This document shows positions 20,059 to 28,753 of a DNA stretch of 64,000 nt, in pieces. Both the position numbers and the translations under genes were made by a program. Position 1 is the first letter of the stretch. Each line of letters opens with the position of its first letter. The notes under the pieces are model-generated. The model searched no databases, was not told the origin of the DNA, and saw only the letters and a list, made by a program, of their open reading frames with translations. Location of the stretch: contig CAYHGA010000003.1 of NCBI GenBank assembly GCA_964356225.1, positions 266 to 64,265 of the forward strand, in the 5' to 3' direction. The stretch is from an uncultured Gammaproteobacteria bacterium. GTDB lineage: Bacteria > Patescibacteriota > Microgenomatia > CAZETR01 > Amesbacteraceae.

Positions 20059-20316
20059 TCAAACTTGTCTCTTTATAAACTCACGACCTCTAAACGACTT
20101 AAGTTGCTTTTCACGAGACAACGCCTCGTTTCTAGACCCAAAAACTTCTTTATAAACAAGACTCCAATTTCCACGATTGATTTTAGTATAACTTCTCTTA
20201 CTTGAAATCAATTCACCATTGTGTCTTTTAAGTCGCTTTTCCAAATTACTGGTCTGGCCTATATAGATTTTTCCACTTTTGTTCTTAATAACATAAACTA
20301 CAAATACTTTCTCCAT
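20059..20316 (-). CDS. small GIY-YIG nuclease
   Basis: 'VYVI..KSGKIYIGQT.NLEKRL.RHN', 'EALSREKQLKS'. Confidence 0.92.
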   Translation of the reverse strand: MEKVFVVYVIKNKSGKIYIGQTSNLEKRLKRHNGELISSKRSYTKINRGNWSLVYKEVFGSRNEALSREKQLKSFRGREFIKRQV

Positions 20317-20417
20317 AGCTTAAAAGTCCGCCAGCTGGCGGATCTACCAACTGAGCTACCGCCCCTCACTGAACTTATCAAGAGCATTTTATATCAAACT
20401 TGTCTCTTTATAAACTC
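20316..20417 (-). repeat. duplicated tRNA-Lys 5' half plus upstream region, with inserted palindrome TCCGCCAGCTGGCGGA
   Basis: 20343-20417 identical to 20008-20082 (75 bp); 20316-20326 identical to 19989-19999; palindrome at 20327-20342. Confidence 0.93.
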
Positions 20418-20500
20418 TCTCTCGCTTGAAGCGGCCAATCAGAGTTTGAAATCGTTGTCGCGTGGATATTAAAAAACTGATAAAATTGACCTATCCATCC

Positions 20501-20572
20501 GGCTCGATCGTCTAACGGCTAGGACGCGGGGCTTTCATCCCCGCAATCGGGGTTCGATTCCCCGTCGAGTCA
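20501..20572 (+). tRNA. trnE: tRNA-Glu (TTC)
   Basis: GGCTCGA/TCGAGTC acceptor, anticodon arm CGGGG-CTTTCAT-CCCCG, GGTTCGATTCC. Confidence 0.96.
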
Positions 20573-20575
20573 CCC

Positions 20576-21211
20576 ATGAAAGTCTTTCTTGTCAGGCACG
20601 GGCGGTCCGCAGACCGTGAAGCTAAAGTTCGCCAATCATTAAACACTCCTCTTTCCCAATCCGGGATCAATCAGGCACAAGCCGTAGTCGACAGACTCAA
20701 ATCTGAGGAAATTGACATCATTTATTCCAGTCCCTATCTCAGAGCCGCGCAAACAGCTGAAATAATATCTAAAGGGCTAAATCTTCCCCTGCAAGTGCAT
20801 GATCTTACCAGAGAATTAGCCCGGCCCTCTATGGACGGTTTAGATTATCAGGATCCTTTGAATCTCGAGTTTATGAATCAGCTTAAAGAAAACCTTTTTA
20901 ACATAGATTGGAAGTTTCCTGCAGATAGTGAATCATTCAGAGATGTTGCGGCCAGGGCTAGTAAGTTCAGAGATTTTCTTATATCAAGCCCCTTAGAGCA
21001 AAATATATTAGTGATCTCCCACGGTTTTCAAATCACCTGTTTTATTGGTGTGTGTATATTAGGAGATAATTACGATCCACTTACGTTTATGAAACTTGTA
21101 CGCTCTTTATCTATCGAAAACACTTCCATTTCAGAAATGGAATATTTCCCCGAAGATAAACGTTGGAAAGTAAAGCTCATTAATGATCATTTACACATCC
21201 AGGGTATATGA
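20576..21211 (+). CDS. histidine phosphatase family protein
   Basis: LVRHG, SSPYLRA.QTA, ISHG motifs. Confidence 0.9.
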   Translation: MKVFLVRHGRSADREAKVRQSLNTPLSQSGINQAQAVVDRLKSEEIDIIYSSPYLRAAQTAEIISKGLNLPLQVHDLTRELARPSMDGLDYQDPLNLEFMNQLKENLFNIDWKFPADSESFRDVAARASKFRDFLISSPLEQNILVISHGFQITCFIGVCILGDNYDPLTFMKLVRSLSIENTSISEMEYFPEDKRWKVKLINDHLHIQGI

Positions 21212-21705
21212 AAATCCTAGGTATAGATCCTGGCACAGCCACTACAGGATTTGGAGTGATTGAAACCACTCCGAACGGCTATCTTCTCCTGGATTACGGA
21301 CTGGTGTCCACTGACAAAAAACAAGCCCATGGCCTCCGCTTGGACCTCATCTATAAAGGCATTTCCGGGGTTATCACCAAGCACTCGCCAGAAGTTGTAG
21401 CCATCGAACGCCTGTTTTTCGCCACCAACGCCTTAACTGCCATTGCCGTAGGTCAGGCCATCGGGGTCATTAAATTAGCCGTCCACCATGCCGGCCTGCC
21501 CATTTTTGATTACGCTCCCATGCAAGTCAAAATGATTATTACAGGCTCCGGTAAAGCCGACAAGAAAGAAATCAAATCCACTATCAAAAAAATATTTAAA
21601 ATCCGGGAAAAAAGGGGGCAAAAAGCCCATTTTGACAATTCCGCCGACGCCTTAGCCATCGCCATTTGCCATGCTAAAAAAACTTCTGCTGTTGCTCGCC
21701 CTTAG
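21208..21705 (+). CDS. ruvC: Holliday junction resolvase RuvC
   Basis: ILGIDPG, AIE.LFF..N, GSGKADK, DN.ADALAIAICH. Confidence 0.96.
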   Translation: MKILGIDPGTATTGFGVIETTPNGYLLLDYGLVSTDKKQAHGLRLDLIYKGISGVITKHSPEVVAIERLFFATNALTAIAVGQAIGVIKLAVHHAGLPIFDYAPMQVKMIITGSGKADKKEIKSTIKKIFKIREKRGQKAHFDNSADALAIAICHAKKTSAVARP

Positions 21706-23017
21706 TGTTGGCGTTGTTAGGGCTTACGATCCCGCTTCAGTTCCCAATAACCGGGTCGGCGTGCATATATTAGATCCCAACGAAATAAACGACGCGGCTA
21801 AACTAATCAACTCCTCTGGTGGAGACTGGGGTTATGTCACGATTCCTATCAGAAGCAACGACCGGGATCGGGACAAATGGTTAAAATTTTTCCAGAATGC
21901 CCGCCGGCTGCACGTAATTCCCATTATCCGGCTGGCCACCTATCCCAATTCCGATGTTTGGGTCGAGCCTAACTCTGCAGATTTAATCGACTTCGCTAAT
22001 TTCCTCAATGACATGCCCTGGCCTACTAACAACCGTTACCTTATCCTCTTTAATGAACCAAATCATGCTAATGAATGGGGCGGCAACCTCAACCCCTATA
22101 ACTACGCTACTCTTTTAATCGATGCTCACCGCATATTCAAGGATCGCTCATCAGATTTTTTTCTCATTTCAGCGGGACTGGACATGTCTTCCCCCAATTC
22201 GTCCACATCTATGGATGCCCGCCAGTATTATCACCTTATGGGTGTCTGGCAGCCGCTCTGGAAGTCTGCGCTGGATGGTTTTGCAGTCCATGTCTACCCT
22301 AATTCCCGGGCCGGAATCGCTAGCTATAAATACGAACCGCTCGACAAGCGGCCGATTTTTATTACAGAAACAGGTTGGGTTGGCCAGCCGGATTTATACC
22401 CTTGGGCTCTTTCCCAAGTTTGGACGGAACCAAACATTGTGGCTGTAACTCCATTCGTTCTTTTCGCCGGAGCAGGGGAGTTCACCAAATTTTCTCTTCT
22501 TAACTCCCCCGCCTATTCCGGTCTGGTTGCCCTTCCCAAAATAGCCGGCAGTCCGCTCCTGGCAAACATTACTCTTTCTCCATCCTACTTTACTCCCGCC
22601 ACACCTCCAGAAACCATGTCGCAAATCTCCAAACTCTCCAAATTACTATCCGATTGGTTCAGCCGAACACACCAGCTTACTATCGGATCTACGACCATCG
22701 ATATTGAAATTGCTGACAACGAAACCAAGCGGGCCCAAGGCCTCTCAAATCGCGTTAGTCTACCGGACCAGTCCGGAATGTTATTTATCTTCCCCGAACC
22801 TGTCCGGCACAGTTTTTGGATGAAAGATATGAACTTCCCTCTGGATTTTATCTGGATTAAGAATGGCACAGCGATTCAACTATCAAAGGACGTTCCCTCC
22901 ACCCAACCCCCGGTCGTCCTTACTCCCGATGACCCTGTAGATCAAGTTTTAGAAGTCAACGCTGGATTTATAGACAAAAATGGTATAAAAGTAGGTGATG
23001 AAGTCCGAAGGAGGTGA
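21671..23017 (+). CDS. secreted GH-A-like domain fused to C-terminal DUF192
   Basis: Signal peptide; FNEPN, HVYP, FITETGW; C-terminal 'GLSNR..L....GMLFIF...FWMKDMNFPLD..VLEVNAG'. Confidence 0.75.
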   Translation: MLKKLLLLLALSVGVVRAYDPASVPNNRVGVHILDPNEINDAAKLINSSGGDWGYVTIPIRSNDRDRDKWLKFFQNARRLHVIPIIRLATYPNSDVWVEPNSADLIDFANFLNDMPWPTNNRYLILFNEPNHANEWGGNLNPYNYATLLIDAHRIFKDRSSDFFLISAGLDMSSPNSSTSMDARQYYHLMGVWQPLWKSALDGFAVHVYPNSRAGIASYKYEPLDKRPIFITETGWVGQPDLYPWALSQVWTEPNIVAVTPFVLFAGAGEFTKFSLLNSPAYSGLVALPKIAGSPLLANITLSPSYFTPATPPETMSQISKLSKLLSDWFSRTHQLTIGSTTIDIEIADNETKRAQGLSNRVSLPDQSGMLFIFPEPVRHSFWMKDMNFPLDFIWIKNGTAIQLSKDVPSTQPPVVLTPDDPVDQVLEVNAGFIDKNGIKVGDEVRRR

Positions 23018-23271
23018 GGCGTATATCTAATCTCAAAGTCGGCGTCGTCACTCATTATTACGATAAAATCGGCGTGGCCGTTGTCGATTTGACCTCGACA
23101 CTCCACACTGGCGATGTCATTAAATTCTCCGGTTCCACCGATTACTCACAGACAGTTTCCTCCCTTCAAGTTGAGCACGAAAAGATCACATCGGCTAAAA
23201 AAGGGGACACCGTAGGGCTGAAAGTGGAACAACCTGTTAAACCCGGAGATGCAGTCCTCAAAGCCGCGTAA
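23014..23271 (+). CDS. translation-factor-like beta-barrel protein
   Basis: 'VGVVTHYYDKIGVAVV.L...L..GD.I', 'AKKGDTVGLKV..PV..GD'. Confidence 0.7.
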   Translation: MRRISNLKVGVVTHYYDKIGVAVVDLTSTLHTGDVIKFSGSTDYSQTVSSLQVEHEKITSAKKGDTVGLKVEQPVKPGDAVLKAA

Positions 23272-23275
23272 ATAT

Positions 23276-23674
23276 ATGCTACTGTCTCTTGCCCCCGATA
23301 TTAGTCGGCGGATTTTCCGCCTGCTCAAAAGTCTGGACTTGCCGCACATTCGTCCCGCCCACTTGATTTGCTTCAGAAGTACCGGGTCCACCGGCCGGGC
23401 CACTGCCCGTATTTGGAGTCTGCCCAAAATTTGGCAAATGGCCCTCTCTGTAGAAGCTCATTACTGCATAGAAGTCATTTCCGAAAAATTTGACAGTCTA
23501 TCGACCGACGACCAGGATCGGACATTAATTCACGAACTTCTGCACATTCCCCAAAACTTTTCCGGGGCCCTGGTTCCCCACCGCAATCACAAGTACCGCA
23601 CCTTCCGCCACTATCATGATAAAGTCGAGTCGTTATTTCAAATGCTAAAAAATGATCATCCTTCACGGCGATAA
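23276..23674 (+). CDS. putative metallopeptidase
   Basis: HELLH zinc motif, 'RS.GS..RA.ARIW.LP'; start uncertain (23249 or 23276). Confidence 0.7.
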   Translation: MLLSLAPDISRRIFRLLKSLDLPHIRPAHLICFRSTGSTGRATARIWSLPKIWQMALSVEAHYCIEVISEKFDSLSTDDQDRTLIHELLHIPQNFSGALVPHRNHKYRTFRHYHDKVESLFQMLKNDHPSRR

Positions 23675-24179
23675 CCAAGTTACCTCCCGCCAAGCATTGC
23701 TGGCAGCCAAAGAGGGGAGAACCGTTTTAGAATTTACAGGTTCGAATTTGCTTTTAGACCAGTTGGTTAACGCAGTTGAAACAAATTCTCTTTTCGGCCA
23801 GGCAAATACTATCGTTATCGAAAGGGCGTTTGCAAAAAAAGAGATAGTTGAATATTTAATAAATAATCAGGACAAAGATATTATTGTTTGGGAGCCGAAA
23901 GATCTTTCAGCCAAAGTTAAAAATTTTAAAAACGTTCAAAAGTTTGATCTACCCAAATACATCTTTAGTTTTCTAGATAATCCCACAGTACCAGGATTGC
24001 ATTTAGTGCTCCAAACAATGCCGGCAGAACAAATTATGGCTAGTCTGGCCACACGAGCTCATAAACGCGCCAACACTAAATGGCTCCAGGAACTACTCAC
24101 CATCGACTACAAGCTAAAGACCGGCACCCTGCCCTACGATTTGACCGTCGCTCTCGAGCTGTGGTGTGCTAAACTTTAG
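23652..24179 (+). CDS. shortened DNA polymerase III delta (HolA-like)
   Basis: 'MIILHGDN', 'NSLFG', 'IFSFLD', 'LL.IDYKLKTG'. Confidence 0.6.
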   Translation: MIILHGDNQVTSRQALLAAKEGRTVLEFTGSNLLLDQLVNAVETNSLFGQANTIVIERAFAKKEIVEYLINNQDKDIIVWEPKDLSAKVKNFKNVQKFDLPKYIFSFLDNPTVPGLHLVLQTMPAEQIMASLATRAHKRANTKWLQELLTIDYKLKTGTLPYDLTVALELWCAKL

Positions 24180-24182
24180 TCA

Positions 24183-24590
24183 ATGCCAATTCTCTTCGGG
24201 ACCAACGGCATCCGTGGTCCGGCTGACACACTATTTACTAAGCAATTTTGCCTAAAACTGGGATTAGTTTTCGGCACCTGGCTCAAATCCAAAGGTAAAG
24301 AAGGCTATGTCGCCATTGCCTGCGATCCGCGGGAATCCAGCCCCTTCATCAAGCATCATGTAATCCAAGGTCTGGCTTCACAAGGTTGGGAAATTTTGGA
24401 TGAGGGCGTAGTTCCCACACCCGCCCTCACCTACTTCGTCAAGAAATCTCCGGCGGTCGCCGGAGGAGTCATGGTCACCGGATCTCACATTGCCGAAGGC
24501 CTCAACGGTGTCAAGTTATTTATCGATGGTGAGGAGGTCACCAAAGCTCATGAACTGGAAATCGAGCAACTATTCAACTCCCATAATTAA
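24183..24590 (+). CDS. phosphomannomutase/phosphoglucomutase, N-terminal domain (continues in another frame)
   Basis: LFGTNGIRG, D.R.SS, PTPA, MVTGSH phosphoserine loop, NGVK. Confidence 0.85.
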   Translation: MPILFGTNGIRGPADTLFTKQFCLKLGLVFGTWLKSKGKEGYVAIACDPRESSPFIKHHVIQGLASQGWEILDEGVVPTPALTYFVKKSPAVAGGVMVTGSHIAEGLNGVKLFIDGEEVTKAHELEIEQLFNSHN

Positions 24591-26505
24591 ATACGAAAAC
24601 ACTGCTAAAGAATTGTACATAGAAATGCTAAAAAAACTGGCGAACGCACCGTACCCGAAGTGGAAAATCATCACCGACACCGCCAATGGTACCCAAACCC
24701 AAATCATTAAAGATTTACTCTTAGACCTAAACTTGGACTATATTTGTACCGGCGATTGCGATATCCAGTCTCCCGAATTCATCCCTCGGGATACCGAAGC
24801 CCCCGGAGCTTTCGCCGAACTAGCCCGCCAGGTGCTTCTCCAAAAAGCCGATCTGGGTTTTGGTTTTGACATTGACGGAGACAGAATTATTTTCATTGAT
24901 AACCTGGGCCGGTATCTTCCCGGCGACTATTCCTGTACTTTAATTGCCCAAAGCGAGAAATACAAAAACATTGTCACCCCCATTAGTACCAGTTCAGTCA
25001 TTGATTCAATTGGTAAAAAAATTTACCGCACTCCCGTCGGAGCAACTCATGTCATAGCCAAAATGAAAGAGGTTGGAGCTGCCTACGGTTTTGAGCCAAA
25101 CGGAGGCGGCATTAGCAGTGAGATTTTTTATGGCCGTGACGGCGGATCAACCCTCATTAAGATGCTCAATTTATTAAAAAGGAGCAAGAAATCATTAGCC
25201 CAGCTATACGATTCATTACCTAAATACTTCTTATTCAGAGACAAAATTGATTGTCCTTTTGCTAAATATGACCACATTTATAAAGCCGTCCGTGAGAAAT
25301 ATTCACAAATAAACGATCTGGATGGCCTGAAAGTGGATTTAGGTCACGAAGAATGGATTTTATTTAGAGGATCCGGAAACGCACCCGAGTTTCGTGTCTT
25401 CGTCCAAAGCTTGAACGAAAAACGTTCTCAAAAACTCGGCCACGACGCCCTGAACTGGGTTAAATCTCTCTTAACGCACAAGGTCTCTCCTTGTGCGCCC
25501 GGTATCGACAGCCTAAATATTTTAAAATCAATCCAATCTCTGCCGGACCAATGTGCCCAGGTCATCTCCGAAATTTCCCAAGCCACGGTTCCTCCCAGCT
25601 GCAATTTAGTAAACAACATTGTTATCTCCGGAATGGGTGGGTCAGCCCTGGGTGGCCGGGTCATAGCCAGCCTGGAACGCCAAACTCTGGGGATTCCCAT
25701 CACAGTTTCAACTGAATATCACTTGCCAAATTTTGCTAACGAAAAAACTCTGGTAATTATCTCCAGTTATTCAGGGGAAACGGAGGAAACCTTATCCGCC
25801 CTGGCCGAAGCCCGTTCCCGTGGTTGTCAGATTTTCGTGCTTACTACAGGAGGAAAATTAGGCGTATTGGCCGAACAATTTAACCTTCCTCACTATCTTT
25901 TGAACCCCCAACACAACCCCTCCCGCCAACCGCGTATGAGTTTAGGATACGAAGTTACGGCCATATTGGCCCTCCTGTCACGTTGCCAGCTCATTCACCC
26001 CATAAAAGATTTTTCCCGTCTACCCGACTTTTTACGTAGCCGGCAATCTACTATGAACTGTGAACTCTTAGCTAAGAACTTAGTGGATCGCATCCCCGTC
26101 TTTCTAGTGAGTGAACATCTCAAAGGAGCTGCCCACGCCATGAAAAACCAACTCAATGAAAACGCCAAAACTTTTGCAGTGGTTTTCGATTTGCCCGAAG
26201 CCAATCACCACCTTATGGAAGGCTTGGCTCATCCTTCCAGCAATCCCGAAAATTTAGCAGTGGTTATGATCGACTCGCCCCACTATCACCCCGAAGTCCG
26301 CAAGCGCTATCCTTTAACCCGGCAAATTATCACTAAACAGCACATTCCGGTTTTTGATTTCCCTTTGGCCGGTCCTAATTCGGTATTCGAAGCTTTAGAC
26401 GTTATTCAGTCAGGCGCGTACTTAGCATATTACTTATCCCAAGAGTACGGCATTGACCCCGGCCCCATTCCTTGGGTAGACTGGTTTAAAGATGAATTAC
26501 ATTAA
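24490..26505 (+). CDS. phosphomannomutase C-terminal domains fused to bifunctional phosphoglucose/phosphomannose isomerase (homology begins ~24580)
   Basis: DIDGDR metal loop, FEPNGG, RGSGNAPE.R; SIS domain GMGGSALGG, SSYSGETEET, QLNENAK, PEANHH. Confidence 0.85.
   Translation: MPKASTVSSYLSMVRRSPKLMNWKSSNYSTPIIKYENTAKELYIEMLKKLANAPYPKWKIITDTANGTQTQIIKDLLLDLNLDYICTGDCDIQSPEFIPRDTEAPGAFAELARQVLLQKADLGFGFDIDGDRIIFIDNLGRYLPGDYSCTLIAQSEKYKNIVTPISTSSVIDSIGKKIYRTPVGATHVIAKMKEVGAAYGFEPNGGGISSEIFYGRDGGSTLIKMLNLLKRSKKSLAQLYDSLPKYFLFRDKIDCPFAKYDHIYKAVREKYSQINDLDGLKVDLGHEEWILFRGSGNAPEFRVFVQSLNEKRSQKLGHDALNWVKSLLTHKVSPCAPGIDSLNILKSIQSLPDQCAQVISEISQATVPPSCNLVNNIVISGMGGSALGGRVIASLERQTLGIPITVSTEYHLPNFANEKTLVIISSYSGETEETLSALAEARSRGCQIFVLTTGGKLGVLAEQFNLPHYLLNPQHNPSRQPRMSLGYEVTAILALLSRCQLIHPIKDFSRLPDFLRSRQSTMNCELLAKNLVDRIPVFLVSEHLKGAAHAMKNQLNENAKTFAVVFDLPEANHHLMEGLAHPSSNPENLAVVMIDSPHYHPEVRKRYPLTRQIITKQHIPVFDFPLAGPNSVFEALDVIQSGAYLAYYLSQEYGIDPGPIPWVDWFKDELH
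25475..25497. repeat. intragenic REP-like palindrome CGCACAAGG-TCTCT-CCTTGTGCG
   Basis: 9-bp stem, 5-nt loop; exact reverse-complement copy at 41241-41263. Confidence 0.85.
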
Positions 26506-28753
26506 GTGGTTTAAGGATTTATCCAAAGAGGATATTGCTGTTGCCGGCGGCAAGGGGGCCAATTTAGGCGAACTCACCCGGGCCGGTATTCCCGTCCCTC
26601 CCGGATTCGTAGTTCTCTCATCCGCTTATTACAAATTTTTGGAAGATAATAAACTCCGTCCGCAAATTCACCACATTTTAGCTACCTGTGACGTTTTGGA
26701 TCCGGCTCAACTGGAGACAGCCGCCAAAAAAATTCAAAAGCTCATGTCCGCCGCCTCTATCCCTGCGGAAGTAGCCCAGGAAATATTTACCTCTTACGCC
26801 AAAATCGGTTCTAAAACCGCCGTGGCTGTGCGTTCTTCTGCCACCGCCGAAGATTTGCCGGAAGCCTCGTTTGCCGGTCAACAAGAGTCATATTTGAACG
26901 TCATCGGTGACGCCAATGTGGTAGCCAAAGTTAAACAATGCTGGATCTCTCTCTTTGGCGCCCGCAGTATTTTTTACCGAGTTCAGCAGAAATTCGATCA
27001 CTTCAAAGTCGGTATCGCCGTTCCGGTTCAAACCATGATCCAGTCCGAAATTTCCGGCGTCATTTTTACCGTTGATCCCATGTCCGGTGATCGGGACAAA
27101 ATCATTATTGAAGCCATTTGGGGATTAGGGGACTACATTGTCCAGGGAGTAGTCACTCCCGATCATTTTTCCGTATCCCGCGCCACCAGCAAAATCGTTG
27201 ACAAAAATATTTCTACCCAAGAAATTATGGAAATCAGAAACCGCCAAGGAGTCAAACAAGTCAAGGTTCCATCCCATCTGCGCTCCGTTCAAAAAATTTC
27301 CGACTCTTCGGTTCTTAAGCTGGCAGAATACGGTCAAAAAATTCACCAGCATTATTTCTTCCCCCAGGACATCGAATGGGCCATTGCCAAAGGAAAAGTC
27401 TATTTCACCCAATCCCGACCCATCACCACACTCAATAATGAAAATTCAAAATCCGAAACTCTAAATTCGAAAATTCCGCCGATTCTTAAAGGGGCACCTG
27501 CATCACCAGGTATTATTTCCGGCCCTGTCAAAATAATTTTAGATATCAAAAATATCGGCCAGGTTAAAAAGGGCGACATTATGGTCACAGACATGACCAC
27601 CCCAGATTTCGTCCCAGCCATGAAACGGGCTGCTGGTATCATTACCAACCGCGGCGGGCAGACATCCCATGCCGCCATCGTATCCCGTGAGCTAGGCGTT
27701 CCCTGTGTGGTAGGCACGTCAGTAGCAACCCACACTCTTAAAGATAGTCAAATAGTTACTCTTAATGGATCCACCGGCGAAGTTTTCAAAGGCGCTCTCC
27801 ACCTTCCGTCAATCCAACTTCAAAATCCAACTTCTAACCTCCAACCTCTACCTTCTGATATCAAAACCGCCACCAAGCTTTACGTCAATCTCGCCGAAAC
27901 AGAATTAGCCGATAAAGTCGCTTCCGAAAACGTAGACGGCGTAGGCCTTTTACGGGCCGAATTTATGATCGCCGGAATTGGCACTCATCCCAAGAAACTT
28001 ATTGCCGACAAAAAAGAAGAAGAATTTGTTTCCAAATTGACCGAAGGCTTGGTTACTTTTTGCCGTGCCTTCCATCCCCGCCCCGTAGTCTACCGGGCTA
28101 CAGACTTTAAAACCAACGAATACCGTTCCCTCAAAGGTGGTCAACTTTACGAACCCGAAGAGTCCAACCCCATGCTTGGATTTCGCGGTGCTTACCGTTA
28201 TATCACCCATCCCGAAGTTTTTCAGCTGGAGCTGGAAGCTATTAAGCGGGTGAGAAACCGTCACAAACTCACCAATCTGCATCTCATGATACCCTTCGTG
28301 CATACTCCGGCTGAAATGCAGGAGGTAAAAAAACTGGTGTCTGTCAGCGGCCTATCCCGGAGCAACTCATTCAAACTTTGGATGATGGTAGAAATTCCCA
28401 GTAACGTTATTCTATTGGATGAATTCATTGATGTGGGGATTGACGGCGTATCTATTGGCAGTAACGATCTCACCATGCTCATTATGGGCGTGGACAGGGA
28501 CAATTCGGAAGTGGCCCCGGTTTTCGACGAGCGCAACCCTGCGGTTATGTGGGCTCTGGAAAAAATTATCAAAACCTGCCTCAAGCGCGGCATCACCTGC
28601 GGTATCTGCGGCCAGGCCCCATCTCAATATCCGGAATTGGTCGAAAAATTGGTTTCCTGGGGCATCACCAGCATCTCCGTCAACCCCGACGCTATTGATC
28701 GTACCCGGGAACTTATTTACAATAGTGAATTAAAGCATGTCAACCAAACTTAA
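26492..28753 (+). CDS. ppsA: phosphoenolpyruvate synthase
   Basis: GGKGANLGEL, VRSSATAEDLPEASFAGQ, GG.TSHAAIVSRE, SIGSNDLT, GICGQAPS. Confidence 0.96.
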   Translation: MNYIKWFKDLSKEDIAVAGGKGANLGELTRAGIPVPPGFVVLSSAYYKFLEDNKLRPQIHHILATCDVLDPAQLETAAKKIQKLMSAASIPAEVAQEIFTSYAKIGSKTAVAVRSSATAEDLPEASFAGQQESYLNVIGDANVVAKVKQCWISLFGARSIFYRVQQKFDHFKVGIAVPVQTMIQSEISGVIFTVDPMSGDRDKIIIEAIWGLGDYIVQGVVTPDHFSVSRATSKIVDKNISTQEIMEIRNRQGVKQVKVPSHLRSVQKISDSSVLKLAEYGQKIHQHYFFPQDIEWAIAKGKVYFTQSRPITTLNNENSKSETLNSKIPPILKGAPASPGIISGPVKIILDIKNIGQVKKGDIMVTDMTTPDFVPAMKRAAGIITNRGGQTSHAAIVSRELGVPCVVGTSVATHTLKDSQIVTLNGSTGEVFKGALHLPSIQLQNPTSNLQPLPSDIKTATKLYVNLAETELADKVASENVDGVGLLRAEFMIAGIGTHPKKLIADKKEEEFVSKLTEGLVTFCRAFHPRPVVYRATDFKTNEYRSLKGGQLYEPEESNPMLGFRGAYRYITHPEVFQLELEAIKRVRNRHKLTNLHLMIPFVHTPAEMQEVKKLVSVSGLSRSNSFKLWMMVEIPSNVILLDEFIDVGIDGVSIGSNDLTMLIMGVDRDNSEVAPVFDERNPAVMWALEKIIKTCLKRGITCGICGQAPSQYPELVEKLVSWGITSISVNPDAIDRTRELIYNSELKHVNQT

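Noticed and set aside
20316-20365. Second functional tRNA-Lys or intron-split tRNA
   Set aside because: The copy lacks the T arm and 3' acceptor strand and its D/anticodon stem is disrupted; the downstream tRNA is complete by itself
15097-20417. Repeats as a possible CRISPR array
   Set aside because: Repeats are long, few, partly inverted and derived from LSR/tRNA sequence; there is no regular repeat-spacer period and no cas gene
21208-21705. RuvC as a Cas12/TnpB-type nuclease
   Set aside because: 165-aa canonical Holliday-junction resolvase motifs in a housekeeping context
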